38,049 nucleotides of DNA from a virus (lineage: Duplodnaviria > Heunggongvirae > Uroviricota > Caudoviricetes): the IMG/VR virus record IMGVR_UViG_2802429217_000005, positions 1 through 38,049 of that record. One strand, given 5' to 3'. Under the pieces are notes generated by a model. The model ran no database searches. It was not told where the DNA came from and saw only the letters and a program-made list of their open reading frames with translations. Positions within the stretch are counted from its first letter, which is position 1. Each line of letters begins with the position of its first letter. Both the position numbers and the translations under genes were made by a program. Below, in pieces: positions 9,335 through 19,105 of the stretch.

Positions 9335-10916
9335 GTGGTGTTGTCTCCTCTTCCGGCCTGCGACTCTCCGCTATCTGCTGCTGATACGCCTGCGCTATCC
9401 ACACCGGACGTGAGAGTCCGGCTTTTTGCCGCTCAGCAGATTCCCTGACCTGCTGGCGGAAAATGTCCTGATAATCCTCGCCCATCAGCGCCAGCTCTTT
9501 CTCATACGTGCTCAGTCCGGCCTCAATGCGCATCACTGATTCCTGGACTTCCTTGAGCCCGTCAATGGCCATTCTTCCGGCACCAATCCACTCTGCCCGT
9601 GACCAGGCTGATCGCGCCTGATAAAAATCAAAACGTGCCCGTGGCGGACGAATAATCCCCCGAAGAAGTGCCTCTTCCAGCCAGCAGGAAAACATCTGCG
9701 TGGCCAGCCGGGCCGCAATAAATTTTCGCCGCCCCATAAAATAGCGCCACGACTCATTGGCGGAGGCGCGGGCACTTGAGTAACTGACCTTCGAGTAATC
9801 ACGGGACAACTGTTCGTAGGAAACGCCAAGACCGGCGGCGATATACCGCAGCAGCGCCTGTTCAAGCGCAGAAAATCCATTGTCTGAATCCTGCGCAGTC
9901 TGTAGTTTCAGATCATCACCAGGGAAAAGGTGCGGAATTTTGACACCGCCCAGTGTCACGTTATTCGTGTCATACCAGCTGGAGAACTTCTCCAGAATAT
10001 TAATAAGCGGATTATCCTTCTGCTCCTGTGGCGCGCCGGCGATATATTCAAAGGCCTTTTCGGTATCAAGTTCACTTTCAATCGTCGCTGCATACATCGC
10101 CTTCACTATGGCCGACTGAAGCTGTGTTGCCTGCAGGGAATCGAGCATCTTCAGCCGTTCCATGACGCTGTAAAACTGATTAGCCCCACGGGTCTGCCCG
10201 TCCTCCACCGGCTCGAAAATATGCAGCATGGCCGGACGCCCGGTGGGAAGTTCACGCGGGATCCGTTCCCATCGTCCACTACCAGAGAACGGAAAATCAT
10301 CCTCACAGATATGGTACGCGACGGCACGGCCATATCGATCGACCTCCACACCGGCCCGCAGAAAACGGTTCCCCATACCGTGTCCAGGCGTGTCCACCCG
10401 TTTCGGACTCACGGCTTTAAAACGCGTACGGAATAACTGCGTGGTTTCCGTATCCCAGACCGGCTGCACAAAGATTTCGCCGTTAAACGCATGAACGCCC
10501 ACACCTTCACGGATAAATTCCGTGAACGTGCGTTTTCCTTCCACGTCGATCTCGCCAAACATCCCTTCGGCGTATTCCGACCAGGCCGCCTCCACCTCAT
10601 CGACAAAGCTTTTTGCTGCGGTCTCCCGCATCCCCAGCCAGCGCCAGTTCGGACGGTAGCTGATCAGAAACATATGCCCGACAATGTGATCCTTATGCAG
10701 AGCCACCGCATTAGCCGCTATTCCGTTATTGCGCACCAGATCATCTGCCCGGGCATTCCCCAGACGCAACGCGGGCAGCAGGGCCGCATCGGCACTCTGC
10801 GCCGGTGGCAACCACTCAGCCATTTGCCCGCCAAATCCTGCACCGCCCCCGTTGTAGCTGAGACTCTCACGAAGCGGAACGCCGTTCACATCAATCAGGA
10901 CAGGCGTTCGTTTCAT
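9324..10916 (-). CDS. B: portal protein B
   Basis: 530-aa ORF between W and C, length and position of lambda gpB (533 aa). Confidence 0.9.
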   Translation of the reverse strand: MKRTPVLIDVNGVPLRESLSYNGGGAGFGGQMAEWLPPAQSADAALLPALRLGNARADDLVRNNGIAANAVALHKDHIVGHMFLISYRPNWRWLGMRETAAKSFVDEVEAAWSEYAEGMFGEIDVEGKRTFTEFIREGVGVHAFNGEIFVQPVWDTETTQLFRTRFKAVSPKRVDTPGHGMGNRFLRAGVEVDRYGRAVAYHICEDDFPFSGSGRWERIPRELPTGRPAMLHIFEPVEDGQTRGANQFYSVMERLKMLDSLQATQLQSAIVKAMYAATIESELDTEKAFEYIAGAPQEQKDNPLINILEKFSSWYDTNNVTLGGVKIPHLFPGDDLKLQTAQDSDNGFSALEQALLRYIAAGLGVSYEQLSRDYSKVSYSSARASANESWRYFMGRRKFIAARLATQMFSCWLEEALLRGIIRPPRARFDFYQARSAWSRAEWIGAGRMAIDGLKEVQESVMRIEAGLSTYEKELALMGEDYQDIFRQQVRESAERQKAGLSRPVWIAQAYQQQIAESRRPEEETTPRET

Positions 10917-11119
10917 AACCTCACTCCCAGCGGACGACGGCGACGCCGGGTTGTCCCCAGTACCGACTCCGCATCATTGATCGCCCGGTTAAGCTCATCC
11001 AGAGAAGCCGCCGTATATTCAATTCTGCGACCATCTTTCTGGACAGACACCACCCGTTTACCGGTTAATAAATCAAGGCGCGCCTGACGCAGCGCCTGCA
11101 GTTCAGCGACTGTAACCAT
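10913..11119 (-). CDS. W: head-tail joining protein W
   Basis: 68-aa [38 protein letters not shown]... matching lambda gpW in length and sequence. Confidence 0.9.
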   Translation of the reverse strand: MVTVAELQALRQARLDLLTGKRVVSVQKDGRRIEYTAASLDELNRAINDAESVLGTTRRRRRPLGVRL

Positions 11120-13031
11120 TCACTCCTCCGGACAGCTTCGCTGCCAGTTCTTTAAGGGTTGGCCGGGTCGTCTCTTCTTCCCGGGATTTTGCCAGTACAG
11201 CCAGATCAAGCTGCCAGCGTTGCACGGACACACGTAATGCCGCGTAGGCATACACCAGGCAGTCCAGCGCTTCGTTACGCCGCTTTTTGTTATCCCACAG
11301 CAGACGCATCTTTCCTTTTTCCCACTTCTCCACAAGCTCTTCCGCGACCAGTTGCTGCGCCTCTGTCTGCGAAAAAATCTCCGGATCATCAGGAAAACGG
11401 ATGGCATACGACGTGGCTTCATCCACAGGCGTGGGATCGGCTTTCATACGGGCATAGAGAATTTCTTTTGCGGTGTCCGTCCCCACTTCACACAGATACA
11501 CGCCCCGCTGATTGCGGGTTTTTGGCATGGTGATCACCGGCTTGCCATAGACAGATGCGCCTTTTATCGGCAGCACCCGGAAAACACCGTGTTTTTTTGA
11601 CCTCTGATAAACGATTTCGCCATCGATCCCCCCGATGTCCCAGCAGACACGAGAAATAGTCATTTCGGTTCCGTCTGCATGGCGGTATTTTTTGTTGATC
11701 GCCGCATCCACACGTAACAGCGTCTCTTCCTCATCGGGACGCCCCATAATGATGATTTTATCCACCAGAAAGGCTTCCTCTCCCGGAGCCCATCCCCAGA
11801 CATACATCTCAAAACGGTTTCGCTGCGAGTCAATGCCCGCCGTCAGATAAACCACCCGGGCAGGCACCGCCGCCGTGTAACGCACAACCTTATCCATCAG
11901 TACCTGGTGATCGAGTTTTTCGCCCACGGCCTCTTCCCAGGTCTCGCCCAGCGTGGTGTTCACAAAGGTTTTCAGGCCGTTGGGATCTTTCAGTGCATCC
12001 AGCCAGTCATAGACAATCTGTACCCATGTGGTGAACGGACTGTACGCCGTCCAGATATGGAAAGTGATGGAGCGCGGCGGCGGAATTTCATCACCCCGGG
12101 CGCTGAAAAACATCAGGCCGTCACGGGTCCACATGCCCGTGTTTTCACAGATCCACCGCCCGTTACTCTGGTCAAGCTCAGACTGATGGATCACACAGCC
12201 ATGATGCTCACAAAGGTAGAAAACACTCTCTGGCTTATTCTTCTCCCACTTAAGACCGAAAGGCGAGGCATCATCGCCAAATTTCAGATACTGCTCCTCC
12301 CCACAGTGCGGACAGGGCACATAAAAACGCATGAAGTGTGCCGACTCGTTAGCGGCTTTTTCGATCTGGCAGGAGCCTTTGATTTTAGGCGTCGAGCCGC
12401 GAATGGATTTTGGCCATACAGAGCCCTCAATACGTTTATCCCCCAGCAGGGTTGGCGAACCCTCTTTTTCAACATCCGGTTCGAACGAGGAAAGCTCGTC
12501 ATAACAGACCACATCCACGGATTTTTCACGGTAGTTTTTTGCTGCCGCACCACCCAGACACCAGAACCCCACACCGGAGGAAAAACGCTTCAGGGTGAGC
12601 GTATTATCGCGGTGTTTTCTTCCGAACCATGGAGCCAGCTCCAGCAATGCAGGAACATCCCTTATCGTTGGCTCAACATGAGATTTCATAAAATCTTCAG
12701 CAGCTGAGTCCGTGGGCTGAAAAAGAAGGCTGTTGCGTGATTTATGCTCAATAAAATAAGCCTCCACTCCCAGCAACATCTTTGTATAACCAACACGGGC
12801 AGATTTAATCAGGTTAACCGTGCGAATCAGATCGTTGCCCATACAGTTCATGATGCCAACCTGAAACGGCAGTGTTTCCCACCGCCCCGGGGTATAAGAC
12901 GACTCTTTAGGAAGGTAATAATGTTTATTGGCCCACTGAACTGTCGTCAGTGGAACAGGAATAATGAGAGATAAAAGCCCTGTAGCTATCGCACCGGCTG
13001 CATTAGCTGCCTTCTGCGCGTCTGAAATCAT
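11103..13031 (-). CDS. A: terminase large subunit A
   Basis: Long blocks identical or near-identical to lambda gpA ([63 protein letters not shown]); start placed at the ATG at 13031, giving a lambda-like ~29-nt overlap with Nu1. The N-terminal ~45 aa differ from lambda. Confidence 0.93.
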
Positions 13032-13551
13032 CGATCCACCCGCCCACGTTTTCACCGGCCTTAGCTGCAACATTGGAGGCTTTCGCGATTTCAGTTTTCA
13101 CCACATCAAGGTGTGATGGTGAAATGTCCGGATATTTACGCTGTAATGTCAACGGCACACGCACAAGTATCCCCGAAATCTCCTGTGCCACACGTTGCAG
13201 AATGAAGGTAAACAGTTCAGTTTCCAGCACTACTCCGTCTTCACGGGCATTTTTCAGTTCCTGCGCATCTGCCTGCGCTTTTGTGAGCCTGTAGCGTTCA
13301 TAGTCAATGGTGCCGGGTTGTAAATCTGACTCCGCTGCCGCACGCAAATCGTCCAGTTCTTTGCGGAGCTTTTCGTTTTCGATATCAGTTTCCCTCTGCG
13401 CATACCACTGAATTGCCATGGCAGTATCAAATACAGATTCAATGCCCTTACTACCTTTGGAGGCGCAAGGGAGTCCCTGAGACTGCCAGCGTTCAATCGT
13501 CCGCGGGTCCACGTTGAAAATTTCGGCAAGCCTCTTTTTATTAACCTTCAT
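13003..13551 (-). CDS. nu1: terminase small subunit Nu1
   Basis: 182-aa [31 protein letters not shown]... with an HTH and strong similarity to lambda Nu1 ([36 protein letters not shown]). Confidence 0.9.
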
Positions 13552-13726
13552 GAAAACAACCCATTATCAAATACAAGGCCCGACATGAAAACGCCAGAAA
13601 AAGGCATTTTCGGACACTTTCATGTCGGACCTTTACGGATGAAATATTAAAAAAAACAAAAAGTTATATTCGAGAAGTACCGACACGATTTTCCCTGAAA
13701 AATTTTCATAAATAGTGAAAAACCGC

Positions 13727-13738
13727 GAGGTCGCCGCC
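13727..13738. other. cosN cohesive-end site (12-nt overhang); cosB presumably lies between it and nu1
   Basis: Plus-strand AGGTCGCCGCCC is GGGCGGCGACCT on the minus strand, the lambda left cohesive end, followed by CTCGCGGTTTTTCACTATTTATGAAAATTTT matching the lambda cos flank; about 187 bp from the nu1 ATG, as in lambda. Confidence 0.8.
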
Positions 13739-14299
13739 CCGTAGCCTGCCGGATCACCGGAAAGGACCCGCAAAACCGAGAATAAGTATCAATACTATTT
13801 GTGATTTGAATGATGCACATCATTGAAACGCCATTCATCCATATACCAGCAGCATTCGGTGTTGCACTTCGTAACTCTGTGACTACGGTTATAAAAGCAT
13901 TGGCAACTTTTGCCACCGGCAAGTCTTCAATGGATTTCCCCTGCCGGTTTTTTATTTTCGTCGATGCATAACATTGCATTTACATCAATAGCAGCTATTG
14001 TCATTAGTATGTTACATCGATGCATGGGTGGTATTGGCGGTCTTCGCCGACCGGTTCTGTGTAGCTCCCTATGACCGGTTTTTTATTTCTAAGATTACAG
14101 AAGCCCTTCACTGTATGAAGGGCTTCTGTAACTCTTCTTACTTAGTAATTTTCGCACCTTCCGGTATTTCCATGAGTTGAGAAAACCTCATACTATCCGA
14201 CAATAATCATCAATATACGATAAAGACATCTGACCAGATTGCAGTATTAAAAGCACTCATGCAGACTACGCCCCTCATATCATATACAAGGGGATACTG

Positions 14300-14710
14300 A
14301 TGGCTCAGGTTGCCATTTTTAAAGAAATATTTGATCAAGTGCGGAAAGATTTAAACTGTGACCGGTTTTACTCTGAACTAAAACGCCACAATGTCTCACA
14401 TTACATTTACTATTTAGCCACAGGTAATATTCACATTGTATTTGAGAGCGATAACACGGTGTTAATAAAAGGTTTCCATGATGTTATTCATGTTAGCTTT
14501 TGCAGAGACACGCGACTTATAGAAACTTACCTTCATAAGTTGAAATCAAGAGAAATCACATTTCATGAATACAGGGTAAATCTGGCTAAAGCTGGAGTTT
14601 TCCGATGGGTTACAAATATCCACGAACACAAAAGATATTACTATACCTTTGACAACTCATTATTGTTTACCGAAAGCATCCAGAACACGACTCAAATTTT
14701 TCCACGCTAA
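14300..14710 (+). CDS. DUF1398-family moron protein (YbcV-like)
   Basis: 136-aa [43 protein letters not shown]...; recalled as the YbcV/DUF1398 family found next to bor in lambdoid prophages; opposite strand to the late genes. Confidence 0.6.
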   Translation: MAQVAIFKEIFDQVRKDLNCDRFYSELKRHNVSHYIYYLATGNIHIVFESDNTVLIKGFHDVIHVSFCRDTRLIETYLHKLKSREITFHEYRVNLAKAGVFRWVTNIHEHKRYYYTFDNSLLFTESIQNTTQIFPR

Positions 14711-14934
14711 ACCATAACGTCCGGTTTGATCCGCCTCAGTAGCCGGCACTCCCACACAGGAGTTACCAGTCGGTGCTGTGGCCATAGTTAATCTGGGTAT
14801 ACAGTAAAGATACAGCACATCTGGCATACTTTAATAAACATTAACAATATGAGATTTCAACTCATTGTTTAGGTTTTGTTTAAATTTCCACAAATACGAT
14901 GCACCAAACTTAAAAACACAACGGGAATCACACG

Positions 14935-15228
14935 ATGAAAAAAACGCTACTCACTTTCACACTGGCGCTGCTTATCTCTGGATGTGCTCAACAGACGTTT
15001 ACAGTTGAAAACAAACCTACAACAGTAACACCGAAGGAAACCATCACTCATCATTTCTTCGTTTCAGGAATTGGTCAGAAGAAAACTGTCGATGCAGCCA
15101 AAATTTGTGGTGGCGCAGATAAAGTTGTTAAAACTGAAACCCAGCAAACATTCGTAAATGGATTGCTCGGTTTTATTACTTTAGGCATTTATACTCCGCT
15201 TGAAGCTCGGGTCTATTGCTCACAATAA
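14935..15228 (+). CDS. bor: Bor lipoprotein (serum-resistance moron)
   Basis: 97-aa ORF MKKTLLTFTLALLISGCAQQTFTVENKP... with a signal peptide and lipobox (LISGC); near-identical to lambda Bor from memory. Confidence 0.9.
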   Translation: MKKTLLTFTLALLISGCAQQTFTVENKPTTVTPKETITHHFFVSGIGQKKTVDAAKICGGADKVVKTETQQTFVNGLLGFITLGIYTPLEARVYCSQ

Positions 15229-15235
15229 TTACATG

Positions 15236-15265
15236 CGCTGCCCATCAATATGGGCAGTTTTATTT
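15236..15265 (+). terminator. candidate intrinsic terminator after bor
   Basis: Hairpin CTGCCCAT-CAAT-ATGGGCAG (8-bp stem) followed by TTTTATTT, directly after the bor stop. Confidence 0.6.
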
Positions 15266-15658
15266 ACACTGTTAACCCCTTGGTTGTTTCAGCCGCCGGG
15301 GTTTTACTTGTTATTCACTGGTATGAGTACGACATCTGGCCATTTCATTCCGGGCTTTACTGTCGCCGCGACAGATGCAACGCATCGTATCGCCGTTCAG
15401 CGTAGTGATATAAGCCTCATCCGTTTTCTCTACCTGCAAACATGAAATATTCCCGTTCCGGCAATACTCAATTTTTGCTGCCAGATGGGTATTACGCGGG
15501 TAAAACTCCATACGATACATATCCCCCCAGGACATGCACTTCCTCAACCTGACGACCATCTTCAGTTACCGTAATCTTTTTCAGTGCGTACATACGTACC
15601 TCCGTTCTTTCGTTTTTTGAACAATAAAAAAGCCACCGAAGTGACCTTTTCGATGAGT

Positions 15659-16204
15659 TTATAAACCAACGCGCTCTTTCATCCAGCCATAGACAAACGA
15701 CTCGTTAGCCTCGCGTTTCTCTGCCAGCGCCAGATAACGCTCACCCTGCGTACAGTTCAGGGCTTTCACCAGTACCAGTTCGCCATCCCTGCCGCGATTT
15801 TTCAGATAAGAACGTAACGCATTAATGGTTCGCGGCCCGATCCCCCCGTCTGTAACTATGTCCGGATACAGCATTCCCTTCTGATTAAACACATTCAGCC
15901 AGCGCTGAAGCATTTTTGTGGCTACCGACGGCCCCATGTTTACCCCGGTATCACACAGTTCTGCAGCAATATCAGGAGACAGGTTTGCCACCTGGTCAAA
16001 ACGAGGTCCATACCAATAGTCCGCCTCAAGGATTTCCAGAGCCTGCCCGCGGCTCAAATCACGCATATCACCACGGTAACCATGCGCGCGCGCCACTTTT
16101 TCAGTAATTCCCCACTTCGTCGCTCCGCCTGTATCGTCAGGATGACTGACATAACCCCCCTCTTTTCCGAGGATTTCATCAAAAATTTCATCTCTCGATT
16201 TCAT
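15659..16204 (-). CDS. endolysin, glycoside hydrolase family 108-like with C-terminal peptidoglycan-binding domain
   Basis: N-terminal motif SRDEIFDEILGKEGGYVSHPDDTGGATKWGIT typical of GH108 muramidases (TtsA-like) as recalled; sits directly after two small membrane protein genes; start set to the ATG at 16204 (the track starts at a GTG). Confidence 0.7.
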   Translation of the reverse strand: MKSRDEIFDEILGKEGGYVSHPDDTGGATKWGITEKVARAHGYRGDMRDLSRGQALEILEADYWYGPRFDQVANLSPDIAAELCDTGVNMGPSVATKMLQRWLNVFNQKGMLYPDIVTDGGIGPRTINALRSYLKNRGRDGELVLVKALNCTQGERYLALAEKREANESFVYGWMKERVGL

Positions 16205-16205
16205 A

Positions 16206-16484
16206 TCAGCCACTCAGGAAAGCAAAAATTTTTGAAACATTACCGCGCGCACGCACTACCATGACACCAAATACCAGGTTCAGCATCACCACCAGCCAGT
16301 CTGCCGGCAACGGATGACCACAGAGATAACTTAACGGCGTTATCGCATACAACAGCATCAGACACCAGGCGCACCACGATATCAGCGGTTTGTGTCGTGA
16401 CTCTTTTCTGCGGTAGAAAAAAAGCGTCAGCACGATAACCGTACATAACGCCGCATTCAGTAATCCTGGAAGATTATTTGTCAT
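16206..16484 (-). CDS. small 3-TM membrane protein of the lysis cassette (holin or antiholin-like)
   Basis: About 92 aa from the ATG at 16484 with three hydrophobic segments; GGAGG upstream; lies between the putative holin and the endolysin. Confidence 0.5.
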   Translation of the reverse strand: MTNNLPGLLNAALCTVIVLTLFFYRRKESRHKPLISWCAWCLMLLYAITPLSYLCGHPLPADWLVVMLNLVFGVMVVRARGNVSKIFAFLSG

Positions 16485-16866
16485 TACCACCACCTCCTCC
16501 ACGCTGACGGGAGAACAGACCGGATACCAGTGATGTAATCTCCTGCTGGTGGATGAATGACAGGACTTTTACTGAGAGCACCGACACCAGGACCGCACAC
16601 AACGCATCAACGGAAGCACTGTTAAACCCAATACGTTCCGCCATGTAACCGGCCACACCACGGGCCCCAAGCACACCAACAATAAAGGACACCAGAAAAT
16701 GTGCAGCCACACGCCAGGCTGAAAGTGTCTGCGGCATTGTTGCCACAAATAACGCACCAGCGAACGCACCAAATACAATCCCGAAATCCGTCCCGGTAAA
16801 CAGCCCGAATACCGTCGCCCCGCCGAGCGCCACAGCAGTGCCGGAACCGGATAAGGGTTCAGACAT
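16474..16866 (-). CDS. putative holin
   Basis: About 130 aa from the ATG at 16866 (AGGAG 8 nt upstream); Gly/Ala-rich hydrophobic segments and a charged C-terminal tail; first gene of the lysis cassette. Confidence 0.55.
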   Translation of the reverse strand: MSEPLSGSGTAVALGGATVFGLFTGTDFGIVFGAFAGALFVATMPQTLSAWRVAAHFLVSFIVGVLGARGVAGYMAERIGFNSASVDALCAVLVSVLSVKVLSFIHQQEITSLVSGLFSRQRGGGGGNDK

Positions 16867-17065
16867 ATTTATTCTCCTGTAAATAAAAAGGACCATCAGC
16901 GGCCCCGTAACTGACATTTTATTAACGTTTGAAGATATGGATATTTATCAGGGTTTACCGTTTTCTGAACCCTGGATATGTTAAGCATTCAGCCCGCCAG
17001 TGGTGGGACGCTGGCTCATCATAGAGAAAGAGGGATGGCTGATTACCTCTGATCAGGGAAATTAC

Positions 17066-17335
17066 ATGCAGTTTTTACATAAAAGAATGCATTTAAATGC
17101 AGGAGATACGGTAGTGGTTGACTGCTCTCATCAGTGCAATATTTTGCTGATGACAGATACAAACTTTAATAACTACCGCAACGCAAGAAGCTTTCATCAT
17201 CACGGTGGTGGCGGTTTTTTTCAGAGATTACCGGCCCACCTTCATGTCCCGCATTCAGGTTACTGGAATATTACAATTGATTTAGGAGGCGGAAGTGCAG
17301 CTATTCGGCACTCCATTTCCGTCATCCCAGCATAG
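17066..17335 (+). CDS. hypothetical protein
   Basis: ORF on the strand opposite the late genes; start placed at the ATG at 17066 (MQFLHKRMHLNAGDTVVVDCSHQC...); contains HHHGGGGFF; no family recognised with confidence. Confidence 0.35.
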   Translation: MQFLHKRMHLNAGDTVVVDCSHQCNILLMTDTNFNNYRNARSFHHHGGGGFFQRLPAHLHVPHSGYWNITIDLGGGSAAIRHSISVIPA

Positions 17336-17700
17336 CAACTCGCCTTTAGCCTGAGTAAATGCGTCCTCAAGGACGGCAACGAGTCGCAGTTGCGTGCCGT
17401 CCTTTACACAGCGTGTGCAGCAATACCTTCAGAACTTTCATTATGCCGAGCTCATACAATTTCACCATTTTGTTCAACTACAACGCTCATAATTTTCTTA
17501 CACTTTTTTAATAAACCACACCAATAACAACCATCACCGATACCTTTTGTATGCTGTTATTTTGCATTACGGTGTAACGGCAAGAGCCCCCTCCCCGCCC
17601 ACCAACACACCATCAGCCAGTACCGACATCAACCGCCCAGTGAAATCCACTGCCACTACCAGAAACAACAGGATGGCAGCCAGCACAAGGCCCGCACTTT

Positions 17701-18126
17701 TCACAGATACTGCTCCAGTGGTAACTGAAGCGCCTGTGCAATTTTCTTGAGCTGCGCTTCTTCATCCGGACCAATGCCATCCTGATCAGCGATATCCAGA
17801 CAGAGGCAAAGCACGTCAACCGCCTCAGTTGTCCCCGCCACATCAGCCAGCTCACGTAATGCATGCGCATTCGCACTACGCGGTGACGCTTCATAACGGG
17901 CGCGGATATTGGCGCTCATCTGGGCAATCTCACCAGAGAACGGTGCAAAAGCAGGAAGCGCAGCAATGGTTTTCTCCAGTACTGCGATTTCTTTTGCGTC
18001 GCAGGTGCCGTCGGCATATGCAATGGAATATGCGCCCCAGACGGTCGCCTCCACCGCATCACGGTTCTCCATCTTCTTCACTTCAGTGATGGCCTTGCGG
18101 GTTTTCTTTTTGAAAATACCTAACAT
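17701..18126 (-). CDS. TerB-like (tellurite-resistance TerB family fold) protein
   Basis: 141-aa ORF; pattern AYADGTCDAKEIAVLEKTIAALP ... LCLCLDIADQDGIGPDEEAQLKKIAQAL resembles the TerB/DjlA N-terminal family as recalled. Confidence 0.45.
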   Translation of the reverse strand: MLGIFKKKTRKAITEVKKMENRDAVEATVWGAYSIAYADGTCDAKEIAVLEKTIAALPAFAPFSGEIAQMSANIRARYEASPRSANAHALRELADVAGTTEAVDVLCLCLDIADQDGIGPDEEAQLKKIAQALQLPLEQYL

Positions 18127-18307
18127 CGTGACTTTTCCTTTGCGTAGACGAGCCTGCGCCAGATGGTTACCAGCCCACAGTGAAAGTCACACTGACAATC
18201 CCGTAAGCACCTCCTGAAAGGCTCTGTGTTTTTGATGTGCGCCAGGTGTGGCTCAGATACAAAAAAAGCTCGCCGTAGCGAGCTAACAGAAAATATGAAG
18301 CATGTTT

Positions 18308-18586
18308 TTATCCACGAAGCATGACAATGAACTCATCCATGCCTACACGGCTGGCTATCTCGTTGTATTCCTCAACAAGAGCCAGCAATTCTGAATTAGC
18401 AGCCATGAACTCATCAAAAACCTTATGGATGGCATCACTGTTTAATAAAACAATGTTCTTTCCTGAAAGGCGATCAGGGGTAGAAAATATAACTGTTAAA
18501 CGACTAAAGGCCCTGGCTCGTTCAGCATTAACATCCTCAATACGCTGCAACAAGCTGGAGCACCTGGAAATATCATCAATATTCAC
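18308..18586 (-). CDS. hypothetical protein
   Basis: 92-aa ORF starting at a GTG with AGGAG 5 nt upstream; no family recognised. Confidence 0.4.
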   Translation of the reverse strand: MNIDDISRCSSLLQRIEDVNAERARAFSRLTVIFSTPDRLSGKNIVLLNSDAIHKVFDEFMAANSELLALVEEYNEIASRVGMDEFIVMLRG

Positions 18587-19105
18587 TCTACTCCTGCCAT
18601 CTGGATGATAATCATTTCACGGAGAGAAGCACTCAGAAGTACCACTGAAGTATAACTGGTGACCAGCTGCTTACACATCTGTTGCCATCCTGCTGATGAT
18701 AAGTCGATATTAACCCTTCTGTCTATAAACGAAACAAAGGATAAGTTCAGGTTTTAAACACACTGCCAGGATAAAGTATTGTATACAGTATAGAAGAGCG
18801 TTATTGAATGACATAAAAAACCAGACCTAATCCCTTATCCGGAATATATATCAAATAAACGGGGAAAATGTATTAAGATGGCGTTCCTATTCTCTCCATC
18901 CCTGATGTCCACGTAACTCGTTATAGAATCAGAACGCCATCTGAATACACACAAAAAAGCTGGCTTCACACCCTCCTGCATGTGTGAACGCAGTGCCCGA
19001 CCACGTGCTTTCGCAACCAGCGAAAATCAGTTTTAAATACCGAAAAACGATAAGAATATATCAGAACTTCCAAGCATCCTGCTTGGCTTAGATATTAATC
19101 GAAGA

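Noticed and set aside
13647-13979. 110-aa minus-strand ORF spanning the cos site
   Set aside because: It crosses cosN and the terminase-binding region, has no ribosome binding site and a low-complexity translation; incompatible with the cos function.
15311-15559. 82-aa minus-strand ORF downstream of the endolysin as a possible spanin
   Set aside because: No hydrophobic anchor, signal peptide or lipobox; Cys/Arg-rich and without a Shine-Dalgarno; more likely a chance frame.
16920-19105. Possible tRNA genes in the Q-to-lysis interval, where lambdoid phages often carry them
   Set aside because: No cloverleaf-compatible sequence or conserved T-loop (GTTCGAATC-like) was seen by eye; a tRNAscan run would be needed to exclude this fully.
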